Positions 12,815-22,071 of a stretch of 64,000 nt of DNA are shown here, piece by piece. Both the position numbers and the translations under genes were made by a program. The notes under the pieces are model-generated. The model saw nothing but the letters and a program-made list of their open reading frames with translations. It was not told where the DNA came from and ran no database searches. Source of the DNA: Chlorobiota bacterium (lineage in GTDB: Bacteria > Bacteroidota > Ignavibacteria > OLB7); assembly GCA_963711465.1 (NCBI GenBank), contig CAVQEG010000001.1, forward strand, positions 1,915,480 through 1,979,479, read 5' to 3'. The stretch's first letter is position 1. Each line of letters begins with the position of its first letter.

Positions 12815-14911
12815 TTGAACGACAAGAGCAGGCAGCACACTGCGGGGCTGGCGGCCGACGCGCAAACTGACGCTGCAGAGACCGACTACTTCTTCCTTGG
12901 CGATGGTCGGATCATGGCGGCGGTGCAGTGGAGCCGCAATCGGCAGCTCTCACCATACGGACTGCTCCTGGCCGATCCGGAGCGGATGACGCGCAAGTAC
13001 GGAACACTGCTGTTTCACCCCGAGCTCGGCCTGGCTCGCACGATGCTCACCGCCCTGGTCGATGGAATCCGCTACACACCGAAGCACGAGCACACGACCG
13101 TCGAGTGGGACGCCGGACGCCGAAGCGTCGTCATCCGGTGGACGGCCGAGGACGTGGAGGTCACCGAACGCCTCTCGGTCAGATTCTCCTCGAGCACCGT
13201 CGTACGCGATGTGATCGTCAGCGCGCCCACACGTCGCCACGTCGAGATCGAAGCCGCCCTGTACGCCAACCCCGTTCTGTTCGACCGCTTCGGCACCCAC
13301 CCCGGTTCTACGCTTCACGCCGACGGATTCGTCTCGATGCTGCTGTACTCGATACCGTCTGGAACCGCCTTCGAGCGGTTTCTCCGCATTCCGGCACGAC
13401 CCGCAGGTGCCGGCATCTCCGCTACGCTCATCTACTCCGTCGAGCCGATTGCCGACGCCGGTCCGGTTACGGTATTGAGCGACGACTTCGCGGTCGCGCG
13501 CGAGCGCGCACCGGCCGAACTCGAGGAAGATTCCGATCGGGAGGCATCGCTCAGCCAGCGACTGGAACGGCTCTACCAGATCTCGCGACTGTCGCTGCGC
13601 GCGACCGTGTCGCAGAACGGGCGCTTCGACGCGTCGGTGTGGCAGTATGGCTTCGAATGGGGAATGGACTCGGCAATGGTGGCAACCGCCGCCAGCACCG
13701 CCGGGCTGTTCAATCTCGCCCGCCAGGTGCTGACCAACCTGTTGCGCCGGCTGACGCGCAGCGACGGAACCGTGGCCGAGGCGGGACGGTTTCGCGACGG
13801 ACTGATGGCCGAGCTCAATGCGTGCGGGGCGACGCTCGACGCGGTGTGGCACTACTGGCGGCGCAGCGAGGATGAGTCGCTCGTGCGCACGTGGTGGGGA
13901 CCGGTAGCGGCGATCGCCGAGTTCATCCTCCGTCCCGAATTCTCCCATCCCTCCGGACTGCTGCAGTCGCATCGCGACTTCTGGGAACGCTTCCCGTGGA
14001 TGGGCGTGCGCCGCGGGTTCGAACTCGGACACCAGGTGTTCTGCGCGATCGGTCTCAGTCGAGCTGCGGAGATCGCCGCTGCGTTCGGCCATGCGGAGCA
14101 GTCGATGCGCTGGAATCGCGCCGCCGATCGTATTCGCGTCGCGATCACCGGCGATCCGACGCTGTCGCTGGTCGACGACGGACGCTTCGTGCACCGGCGG
14201 CTGCTCGACGGCCGCGTGCAGAGCGAGCTGATCGCGGGTGACGGCGGATCGTTCGTCAACGATGAGTTCGCGCCATACGTTCCCGCCGGTGCGCCGGCGG
14301 ATCGAACGGCCCGTGCCTGCGAGCCGGATGTGACGGAGGTGCTGCCAATCATCTACGGTCTGGTCGATCCCGAAGGGGAGCTCGCCTCGAAGACGCTCGA
14401 CGCGCTCGAGTCACTGTGGAGTCCCACCGGAACGGGTGGCTACGCACGCTACAACACCGCGTCGGATCCCGACTCGCCGGGACCATGGCCGTTCGCCACG
14501 GCATTCATGGCCGCAGCGCAGTTCGACGCCGGCCGCACCGACGCGGCGATGCGATCGCTCGAGTGGCTGATCGTCCGAGCCGGCGCGGGCGGCTCCTGGT
14601 TCGAATTCTCCGGAGACCGCCCCACGCCCCCGCTTCCGCCGGTCGGCATCGTCGTCTGGGCGTGGGCACAGTACATCCTGCTGGTCAACCGCCACATCCT
14701 CGGCGTCGACGTCGCTGACGATGAACTGGTGATCGCACCGCGCATGAGCGGAATCATTCATGAGGTACAGCAGGGAAAACACCGTGTGCTCGTCAGCGTC
14801 CGCTCGACCGACTCGGCCCGACTCGACGGCAAGCGATTTCGACTCACCGACGGCGCGGCGCACCTGAAGCTCCCTCTCGGATCGGATCACATTCTCGAAT
14901 TCGGAAGCTGA
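12815..14911 (+). CDS. Six-hairpin (alpha/alpha)6 glycosidase-like protein, divergent GH15-like
   Basis: ASVWQYGFEWGMDS, DFWERF, GGYARYN..SDPDSPGPWPFAT, WAWAQY resemble GH15/GH-L/M clan motifs; TTG start uncertain. Confidence 0.6.
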   Translation: MNDKSRQHTAGLAADAQTDAAETDYFFLGDGRIMAAVQWSRNRQLSPYGLLLADPERMTRKYGTLLFHPELGLARTMLTALVDGIRYTPKHEHTTVEWDAGRRSVVIRWTAEDVEVTERLSVRFSSSTVVRDVIVSAPTRRHVEIEAALYANPVLFDRFGTHPGSTLHADGFVSMLLYSIPSGTAFERFLRIPARPAGAGISATLIYSVEPIADAGPVTVLSDDFAVARERAPAELEEDSDREASLSQRLERLYQISRLSLRATVSQNGRFDASVWQYGFEWGMDSAMVATAASTAGLFNLARQVLTNLLRRLTRSDGTVAEAGRFRDGLMAELNACGATLDAVWHYWRRSEDESLVRTWWGPVAAIAEFILRPEFSHPSGLLQSHRDFWERFPWMGVRRGFELGHQVFCAIGLSRAAEIAAAFGHAEQSMRWNRAADRIRVAITGDPTLSLVDDGRFVHRRLLDGRVQSELIAGDGGSFVNDEFAPYVPAGAPADRTARACEPDVTEVLPIIYGLVDPEGELASKTLDALESLWSPTGTGGYARYNTASDPDSPGPWPFATAFMAAAQFDAGRTDAAMRSLEWLIVRAGAGGSWFEFSGDRPTPPLPPVGIVVWAWAQYILLVNRHILGVDVADDELVIAPRMSGIIHEVQQGKHRVLVSVRSTDSARLDGKRFRLTDGAAHLKLPLGSDHILEFGS

Positions 14912-15876
14912 TGAACCTTCGCCCACTTCGATTTCTCGCGCTCCTGCTCGCCCTACCGATCACGCTGAAGGCGCAGACGGTCTATGCCGTCGTGATGGGC
15001 AATCCTTCGCAGGGAGTCGTCGGATCGAGCACGCTCGGCAGCGGCCTGTTCGCATCCACCGATGCCGGTGCGTCCTGGCGGCACATGGGGTCGGAGAATC
15101 TGAAGGCGTATCGGATGGACGCCATCGATTCGGCCCAGGGACGCGTGCTCTTCGTCGCCGCCGGTGACGGGATTCATCGCAGTGACGACGGCGGCGCACG
15201 CTGGCGCATCGTCACGCCTCCGGAGATGACCGAGGTCCTCGACGTGACCGTCGACCAGGCCGATCCGCGATGGATCTACGCGGCGACACAGTTCGGATTC
15301 TACCGATCCACCGACGGCGGCCACAGCTGGGAGCACCCCGACGGCCCTCTCGCCACCCGGTATGTCTATAGCATCGACGAACTCGAATTTCCCGGCGCCG
15401 TCTACGCCTCGACCGACGACGGCGTCTACGAGTCGCTCGACTACGGGTCCACCTGGACGCATCGACTGCAGCTGAGCGAACCACGCGGCGTCACCTCGAT
15501 CCGCGGTTCGACGCCGGTCGTCGCCACCGGCAACGGCCCGGTGATGCTCGATGCGACGATGAATACGATGGTCTCGCAGCCCACGGCTCCGATGATGAAC
15601 ACGTATGCGGTCAAATTCGATCCTTCCGGACGCATCTTTGCCTCGGGAGACCACGGCGTGTGGGTCTACAGTCTCGTCGGCGCCTGGACGCGGTGGATCG
15701 ACATCACGACCGACCTGCCCGACTCGGTGGTACATGCGCTGGCCTACGTGCCGAAGTCGAATGTGGTACTGGCCGGTACGTGGGGCCATGGCGTCTTCCG
15801 ACGGGACAACGACACGTGGGTCGCGTCGGGTCTCGACGGAGCGCTCGTCTGGTCGATGAAGGTCGAGCCGTGGTAG
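14911..15876 (+). CDS. Secreted BNR/Asp-box beta-propeller protein
   Basis: Signal peptide ending LKA-Q; STDAGASW, SDDGGARW, STDGGHSW, SLDYGSTW repeats; 1-nt overlap with the upstream gene. Confidence 0.8.
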   Translation: MNLRPLRFLALLLALPITLKAQTVYAVVMGNPSQGVVGSSTLGSGLFASTDAGASWRHMGSENLKAYRMDAIDSAQGRVLFVAAGDGIHRSDDGGARWRIVTPPEMTEVLDVTVDQADPRWIYAATQFGFYRSTDGGHSWEHPDGPLATRYVYSIDELEFPGAVYASTDDGVYESLDYGSTWTHRLQLSEPRGVTSIRGSTPVVATGNGPVMLDATMNTMVSQPTAPMMNTYAVKFDPSGRIFASGDHGVWVYSLVGAWTRWIDITTDLPDSVVHALAYVPKSNVVLAGTWGHGVFRRDNDTWVASGLDGALVWSMKVEPW

Positions 15877-15928
15877 TTGGTATTTTCGCCCGGTCCGGTT
15901 CCTGTCCACACCATTCCCCGATCCCGCC

Positions 15929-17713
15929 GTGAACAAGGTCCTCTTTCTCGTCACCCTCACTACGCTCTCACTGCTCTCAGCCTGCACGGCGAGCCGATCG
16001 CTCGTCGGTCCGTCACCCGACCAGCGTCGTCACGTGCTGGAGACGGTGGCCGGCTTCGACCACACAAGTTTCGAGGTGGTCGCCGCACGGCTGCGCACGG
16101 GCCGTCAGACCGAGCTCGCGTGGCGGCAACTCGATACACTGCTCGCCAGTCCGACGGGCGACATCTTCTGGATGTATCCCGCGACGGCCTTCTACTTCTG
16201 CATGCGTGACGAGCTCGACGACGCCTGGCGCGCGCGGTTCCGTGAGGACTTCAAGCACTACACACCGTATCGGGGCGACACGGAGAATCACTTCCTGATG
16301 TACTACAGCTCGCTCTACCTGATGACGCAGGAGTGGCCCGGGCTGGATTCGACCGAGTGGTTCAACGGGAAGAGCTCCGCGGAGAACCACGCCGAGGCAC
16401 AGGCGTACCTCGACGACTGGATCGACCAGACGGTTCGTCACGGATCGACCGAGTGGGATTCACCACGCTACCTGTACTACTACATCACGCCGCTGCTGAC
16501 GATGGCGACCTATGCGCGCGACGAGCGAATGAAGCAGCGCTGCGAGATGATGCTCGAATACATGCTCGCCGACTACGCCGTCGACTACCTCGACGGCAAC
16601 TACTGCGGCGCGCACTCGCGGGAGGGCGACAACTCGGTGATCGATCCGCGATCGGCCGAGGCGACGAGCTACGGACAGTTCTACTTCGAAGACTCCGTCT
16701 CCTTCGTGCTGCCCGATCTCGCGTTCGCTGCGATGAGCGAGTTCTCGGTTCCGCCGATCATCCGCCGTATCGCGCACGAACGTGACGAACCGTTCGTACA
16801 CACCGAGCTGAAGCGTTCGCGGGCGAAGATCCGCAACAGCTCTCAGCGCTACACGCCGGTCTACCGCTACAGCTACATGACGCCCGCCTACTGCATCGGC
16901 TCGATTCAGGGCGGACTGCAGGAGCCGATCCAGCAGCATACCTGGGACATCACGTTTCGGTCGAAGCGACCGAACAACACGATCTTCACGCTGCACCCGC
17001 AGGCATCGGCATACGAGCTGGGAACGTTCTTCCCGGAGGAGCCGGAGCTGATGGAGCAGGGAATTCTGGCGTCGAAGGCGAGCTACGGCAGCCCCGACAA
17101 ATGGATCGGCGGCTCGCCGTTCGAGGAGATTCATCAGACGGGTCCGACGCTGCTGGCGCTGTATGACATTCCCAGAGGATGGCGCTTCCCTCACGTCGAT
17201 CTCTTCCTGCCGAAGACGCTCGACACCCTGGTGCGCGATACGTCCGGCTGGATCGTGGCGAGGATGGACTCGGCGCTGGTGGGTATTCATCCGTTCGATT
17301 CGAACGTGACGTGGATCGACGAGCAGATCGACTGGCGCGTTCGCTCCTTTTCACGCAAGACCGGGTTCGTCGTTGAAACCGAGCGGACGTCGCAGATGAC
17401 CCTCGCGCAGTTCATCGCCGCTCTGCGCCCGCACCGCCCGCTCTTCGGAAGTCAGACGGGCCAGCTCGGTCCCGACTTCGCCTACAACACGATTCGAGGA
17501 CAGCGACTGACGGTGCTTTCCGGAGAGCATGCCGGCGAGGGAATTCTGCTCGTCGACGGGAGACCGGCCGACTCGCACTCGCATGCACCGCCCCTGTTCA
17601 ACGGTCCGTTCCTCACCAGTCCACCCGAAGGCGGCGTGCTGAGAATGCAGGCCGACGGCGAGACGCGAACGCTCGATTTCGTACGCAATGAGATTCGCGA
17701 GGAGAAGAAGTAG
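15929..17713 (+). CDS. Lipoprotein of unknown function, alpha-toroid + beta-sandwich (polysaccharide-lyase-like)
   Basis: Lipobox LLSAC; RGDTENHFLMYY and EWDSPRY motifs; helical N-half, beta-rich C-half. Confidence 0.65.
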   Translation: MNKVLFLVTLTTLSLLSACTASRSLVGPSPDQRRHVLETVAGFDHTSFEVVAARLRTGRQTELAWRQLDTLLASPTGDIFWMYPATAFYFCMRDELDDAWRARFREDFKHYTPYRGDTENHFLMYYSSLYLMTQEWPGLDSTEWFNGKSSAENHAEAQAYLDDWIDQTVRHGSTEWDSPRYLYYYITPLLTMATYARDERMKQRCEMMLEYMLADYAVDYLDGNYCGAHSREGDNSVIDPRSAEATSYGQFYFEDSVSFVLPDLAFAAMSEFSVPPIIRRIAHERDEPFVHTELKRSRAKIRNSSQRYTPVYRYSYMTPAYCIGSIQGGLQEPIQQHTWDITFRSKRPNNTIFTLHPQASAYELGTFFPEEPELMEQGILASKASYGSPDKWIGGSPFEEIHQTGPTLLALYDIPRGWRFPHVDLFLPKTLDTLVRDTSGWIVARMDSALVGIHPFDSNVTWIDEQIDWRVRSFSRKTGFVVETERTSQMTLAQFIAALRPHRPLFGSQTGQLGPDFAYNTIRGQRLTVLSGEHAGEGILLVDGRPADSHSHAPPLFNGPFLTSPPEGGVLRMQADGETRTLDFVRNEIREEKK

Positions 17714-17744
17714 GCATCGATTGCAACTTCTTTGTGTTCGAATC

Positions 17745-17774
17745 TTGTGGGCGGGGCTTCGGTGGTTATATTTG
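17745..17774 (+). promoter_or_regulatory. Bacteroidota-type primary-sigma promoter (-33 TTG, -7 TATATTTG)
   Basis: TTG 17745-47, 19-nt spacer, TATATTTG 17767-74. Confidence 0.6.
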
Positions 17775-17987
17775 CACCGGCTGCGGGAGCCCATCCCGCG
17801 AGGTCCCGACAACAGTGGAAGGTCCGCAAACACTTCCATCGGTTCATTCCAGCGTCAGTACGGCATGTCGATCGCGGTATCACCAGGGTCAAATGGTGGT
17901 GGTCGCGGAGAACACGTCGATTTGCCCCGACGGAGGCCGTACACGACGCCAGCAGCCCAATGCCCACTTTCACTGGAGGTTCCGCTC

Positions 17988-18083
17988 ATGCAACGTGAGA
18001 CTGTGAAACGGAAGGTCCCCACTGACGTTCTCGTCTACCTCTTCTTCTTCTTTGCCGTCTACCTGCTGAATCTCATCGGGTAG
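17988..18083 (+). CDS. 31-aa small membrane peptide
   Basis: GGAGG Shine-Dalgarno before the ATG; MQRETVKRKVPTDVLVYLFFFFAVYLLNLIG = basic N-terminus + one TM helix; promoter upstream. Confidence 0.55.
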   Translation: MQRETVKRKVPTDVLVYLFFFFAVYLLNLIG

Positions 18084-18192
18084 CGACCGGTCGACTGCTT
18101 CTCACCCCATCCCCCCCGACTTCCGGCAGAGATGCCGCAATTCCTTTCCCGCCTCAGTCCTGTCCGACGCACCCGGAGCCGCGTCTCACCGC

Positions 18193-18223
18193 TTGTACCC
18201 GATTCGATTCTCCGTTATGTTTG
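18193..18223 (+). promoter_or_regulatory. Bacteroidota-type primary-sigma promoter
   Basis: TTG 18193-95, 20-nt spacer, TATGTTTG 18216-23. Confidence 0.55.
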
Positions 18224-18301
18224 CCCGTCGATTTTCGTCGCCAGCAACCGATTTCCCACGCCTTCGGGAGACCTAATCCCGCACTCGCGCCGGCATCCTC
18301 G

Positions 18302-18316
18302 TGGCGTGCCGTTTGC
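18302..18316 (+). promoter_or_regulatory. Putative sigma-54 (-24/-12) promoter
   Basis: TGGCGTGCCGTTTGC = TGGC-N7-TTGC with GG-N10-GC spacing; intergenic, 144 nt upstream of 18460. Confidence 0.5.
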
Positions 18317-18459
18317 GCCATAGCAGGCACGCGCGTCGGGGGAACGTCGGACGTCGGGCGAACGAACGACCGCACGGGCGACGAATGCGCCAGGTCCATG
18401 TCCGACGCGGCCACCGACACGGCCAGGAACGAAACCGCAGCCAACACGAGGACAGACCC

Positions 18460-18828
18460 ATGCCGGAGATCATCGAGCTGCTCACCGACGACCACGGAAC
18501 GATCACGCATCTGGTAACCGAGGAGCAGGACAGAATTTCCGTTCAGGAGCTTGCCGAGGCGATCGACGACGGCGAGGATTACTACGTCACCTTTGGCGAC
18601 GAGGAGCGATTTGGAATCACGATCGTTGCCGACGAGGATCTGCTCGAGCCGACGGTCGACGATCCGAGCGGCGAACACTCGATCTGGGATCTGCCGCAGG
18701 CCGAGGATCCGGAGGAGTCCGAGATCGAGGAGATGTTCGACGAACTGACCCGAATGGGTGAAATCGACGAGGACGAATTTGGTGAAGGCGAACGGCCGCA
18801 TTCGGAGGATCTGGACGACCTGAAATGA
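18460..18828 (+). CDS. Very acidic protein, DUF3892-like domain + acidic tail
   Basis: ATG after GAGGA; 'ELAEAIDDGEDYYV...TVDDPSGEHSIWDLP' recalls DUF3892; 44 of 122 residues D/E by hand count. Confidence 0.65.
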   Translation: MPEIIELLTDDHGTITHLVTEEQDRISVQELAEAIDDGEDYYVTFGDEERFGITIVADEDLLEPTVDDPSGEHSIWDLPQAEDPEESEIEEMFDELTRMGEIDEDEFGEGERPHSEDLDDLK

Positions 18829-19130
18829 GAAGACGACGCTTTCGACCCAAGCCGCTCACCAGCCGCCGCAAGCTCACCTTCGCAATGGTGGCTGCCGTTC
18901 CGGTCCTGGCGATCTTCACCTTCGGCAACCGGGGGATCCTCAAGCGCGTGGAGCTCGAGATGCACCACGACGAGGTCTACCAGGAGGTGTTCCACCAGCG
19001 CGCGGTCGGCGACTCGCTGCGAGGTGAGATCGATCGGCTGCGTACCGACACGGCATCGATCGAGCGACTCGCCCGCGAGCGCTACGGCATGGTCCGACCC
19101 GGGGAACGCATCTATCGCGTCGAGGAATGA
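18825..19130 (+). CDS. ftsB: Septum formation initiator FtsB/DivIC family
   Basis: One TM, FGNRG, coiled coil, IERLARERYGMVRPGERIY. Confidence 0.85.
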   Translation: MRRRRFRPKPLTSRRKLTFAMVAAVPVLAIFTFGNRGILKRVELEMHHDEVYQEVFHQRAVGDSLRGEIDRLRTDTASIERLARERYGMVRPGERIYRVEE

Positions 19131-20089
19131 GCCGGCTCGCGATCGGTGTCGACGTCGGTGGCACGACCATCAAGTTCGGACTCGTCGACGCCGACGGGAC
19201 GATTCTTCAGCAGATGAGTCTGCCCACCGATGCCGAACGCGGCCCCAGACACGTGCTCGAGCGAGCCGCCGAAGGCATCGCCGCACTCTCCGCGGCGCAT
19301 ACCGTCGACGCCGTCGGGCTCGGCGTGCCGGGCGTGATCAACGACCGTGGCGAGATCCGCTATCCGCCGAACTTCCCGGGCTGGGGTGTCGTCCCCGTCG
19401 CCCACGAGATCCGCACCATCACTGGAACCCGACTTCCCATCGCCGTCGAGAACGACGCCAACGTCGCCGCCTTCGCTGAAGCACGCATCGGCAGCGGTCG
19501 CGATGAGCGCGACTTCCTGTTCGTTACCCTCGGCACCGGTGTCGGCGGATGCATCATCAGCAATGGTGAGATCTGGCGCGGTGGCGACGGCGGCGCCGGT
19601 GAGATCGGACACATCAGCGTCGACCTCGATGGACCGCTCTGCAACTGCGGGTCGCGCGGTTGCATCGAGGCGTTCCTCGGAGTGCGGTACATGACACGTT
19701 ACGCCCGTGCCCGACTGGAGCGCCGCCCCGACTCCATCCTCAATCAACTGATCAACGACGGACGTGAACTCGAACCGCGCCTGATCGACGAAGCGGCGCA
19801 GCGCAACGACGCCTTCGCCATCGAGTTCCTCGCCGAAATGGGACGCATACTCGGAGCGGGACTCGCATCGGCACTCAACCTCTGCGATGCCCGGCTGGTG
19901 ATCGTCGGCGGCGGCATGTCGCGCTGCGAACGGTTCCTGCTGGCTCCGGCACTGGCCGCAATTCGCTCCCGCGCGATGAAATCCGTTGCCCCCGAAGCAC
20001 GCCTGCGCCCGGCCACCCTGTTCAATGACGCCGGCATCGTCGGCGCGGCACTGCTGGGACTCGAGCGCGGCACCCTCGAGGCACAGTAA
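19127..20089 (+). CDS. ROK family sugar kinase (glucokinase-like)
   Basis: GVDVGGTTIK, VENDANVAA, TLGTGVGG, GEIGH, CNCGSRGCIE. Confidence 0.93.
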   Translation: MSRLAIGVDVGGTTIKFGLVDADGTILQQMSLPTDAERGPRHVLERAAEGIAALSAAHTVDAVGLGVPGVINDRGEIRYPPNFPGWGVVPVAHEIRTITGTRLPIAVENDANVAAFAEARIGSGRDERDFLFVTLGTGVGGCIISNGEIWRGGDGGAGEIGHISVDLDGPLCNCGSRGCIEAFLGVRYMTRYARARLERRPDSILNQLINDGRELEPRLIDEAAQRNDAFAIEFLAEMGRILGAGLASALNLCDARLVIVGGGMSRCERFLLAPALAAIRSRAMKSVAPEARLRPATLFNDAGIVGAALLGLERGTLEAQ

Positions 20090-20104
20090 GTCTGAATTCA
20101 CCCC

Positions 20105-20500
20105 GTGACAACCATGAACACGATGCATCGGCTCACGCCAATCATGCTCGCCCTCACGCTGTCCGCCTGCGGCGGCTCCGGCGGACTGTTCGACTCGGGA
20201 CCGCACGTTCGTGGTCGCGTCGCCTCGATCCTTCCGACGCCCGGCGTCGACGACGTGCGCGAATTCGTCCGCATCGTCGGTGACACCTCCAGCCATACCC
20301 CCTACCGGACGGCCGACGTCGGCATTACCGAGGAGACCGAGATCACGATGGTCACCGGAGCGGATCACGTGCGCGTGCCGATCGACTCGATCCGCGTCGG
20401 CCAGCTCGTCGAAGCGACGTTCACCGGTTCGGTGGAGTCCTCCACACCAGTTCGTGCGAAGGCATCGAATCTGACGATACTCGAACCGCGGACGAGGTAA
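20105..20500 (+). CDS. DUF3221/YobA-like lipoprotein
   Basis: Lipobox LSAC; 'IRVGQLVEATFTGSVESSTPVRAKA' OB-fold motif; start may be 20114 or 20123. Confidence 0.65.
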   Translation: MTTMNTMHRLTPIMLALTLSACGGSGGLFDSGPHVRGRVASILPTPGVDDVREFVRIVGDTSSHTPYRTADVGITEETEITMVTGADHVRVPIDSIRVGQLVEATFTGSVESSTPVRAKASNLTILEPRTR

Positions 20501-20502
20501 TC

Positions 20503-21426
20503 GTGGCTGAAAGCCGTCAGGTCGTGCTCGGAATCGATGGTGGTGGAACGACGACGCGCGCCGCGATCGCCTCGCCGGACGGACGTGTCCTTGGCACGGG
20601 CGAAGGCGGCGCATCCAACTACCAGGCAATCGGGATGGAGCGGGCCGTGGCCGGAATTCGGACCGCCGTCGATCATGCGTGCGCCGCCGCGGGGGCGTCC
20701 GTCACTCCCGCAGCTGCATTCCTTGCGATCGCCGGTGTGGTCTCCCCGACCGATCGTGCACTGCTGCGACGTGCGGTCGATGGCCTGGAACTTGCGCCGC
20801 GGGTCGCGGTCGACCACGATCTGAGCGCCGCGCTCGCCGGCGGTCTCGGCGGCGAGCCCGGGATCGTCCTCATCGCCGGAACGGGTTCCTCCTGCTATGG
20901 CCGGCGTTCCGACGGGGAAGACTGGCGTGCCGGCGGCTGGGGCCACCTGCTCGATGACGACGGCGGCGGGTACCGCATCGGCCTCGATGCCCTCCGCGCT
21001 GCGGTGCGCGCCGTCGACGGACGCGGACCCGACACCGAGCTGCGCTCCCGCGCCATACGCGCCATCGACGTCGACGACCCCGACGAGATCCTCCATGCGG
21101 TGCACAACCGCCTGCAACGATCGGACATCGCCGCACTGGCGCCGCTGGTATTCGCATCCGCGGCCGAGAACGATGCCGTTGCTTCGACGATCGTAGAACG
21201 TGGCGCCAGAGCGCTTGCTGCAATGGTACGGGCCGTTGCCGAACGACTCGCCTTCGAGGATGTCCGAGTGGTCACCTCCGGTGGCCTCTTCACCAACCTC
21301 GACTACCGGGAACGTGTCCGACGGGAAGTCGCCCGCCATGTCCCGGGAGCACTGCTGGTGCGACCGCAACGCCCGCCGGTCGAGGGCGCGTGCCTGCTCG
21401 CGGCGTGGCTCCTGTCCGATCACTGA
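20503..21426 (+). CDS. BadF/BadG/BcrA/BcrD-type sugar kinase (N-acetylglucosamine kinase-like)
   Basis: GIDGGGTTT, LIAGTGS, RAGGWGHLLDDDGGGYRIG. Confidence 0.9.
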   Translation: MAESRQVVLGIDGGGTTTRAAIASPDGRVLGTGEGGASNYQAIGMERAVAGIRTAVDHACAAAGASVTPAAAFLAIAGVVSPTDRALLRRAVDGLELAPRVAVDHDLSAALAGGLGGEPGIVLIAGTGSSCYGRRSDGEDWRAGGWGHLLDDDGGGYRIGLDALRAAVRAVDGRGPDTELRSRAIRAIDVDDPDEILHAVHNRLQRSDIAALAPLVFASAAENDAVASTIVERGARALAAMVRAVAERLAFEDVRVVTSGGLFTNLDYRERVRREVARHVPGALLVRPQRPPVEGACLLAAWLLSDH

Positions 21427-22062
21427 GTGGAGACTCCGAACGAAATGCTCAAGAACCTTCAGCACTACATCGACCCCGGCACCGCCCAGACCAGAGGCGG
21501 AAGCGTCGTGGAGCGGCGACTGCGCGACCTGCAGGGTGTCTTCGCCGATCAGGACGAATACCGCCGTATGCTCGAGACCGAGGGCAACGTGCTGGTCTAT
21601 ACCGTCGAGACGCTGGATTACGGTGATGGCGAGGGTGATCTGCGCTACGGCCTCGGCATGATCCGGCCCGGACACATCGGGACCGAGTACTTCATGACCA
21701 GGGGCCACATGCACGAACGTGCAGAAGCGGCGGAGGTGTATATCGGCCTGCGCGGCCAGGGTGAAATGCTGCTCGAGGATGCCGCCACCGGCGAGTCACA
21801 GACACTGCCGATCGGACCGCACAGCATCGTCTACGTTCCCGGCAACACGCTGCATCGCACCATCAACACGGGGCGCGAGCCGCTGACGTACATCGGTGTG
21901 TATTCCGCCCGCGCGGGACATGATTACACCGCCGTACAGACGCGCAACTTCCGGAAGGTGGTCGCCGAAATCGATGGCCACGCGCACCTGCTCGATCGCG
22001 AGGAATTCCTCCGCGTCAGAGGGATCGAGTCGCCTGCACCGTCGGACGATACGGCGCAATAG
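21427..22062 (+). CDS. Cupin-type (archaeal-type) glucose-6-phosphate isomerase
   Basis: PGHIGTEYFMTRGHMH..AEVYIGLRGQG, YVPGNTLHRTINTG, AGHDY. Confidence 0.88.
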   Translation: METPNEMLKNLQHYIDPGTAQTRGGSVVERRLRDLQGVFADQDEYRRMLETEGNVLVYTVETLDYGDGEGDLRYGLGMIRPGHIGTEYFMTRGHMHERAEAAEVYIGLRGQGEMLLEDAATGESQTLPIGPHSIVYVPGNTLHRTINTGREPLTYIGVYSARAGHDYTAVQTRNFRKVVAEIDGHAHLLDREEFLRVRGIESPAPSDDTAQ

Positions 22063-22071
22063 GCCGCTGTA

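Noticed and set aside
17775-17990. Known riboswitch (e.g. c-di-GMP-I, suggested by GCAAA)
   Set aside because: Conserved core of known classes not recognisable by eye; kept only as an unclassified structured leader
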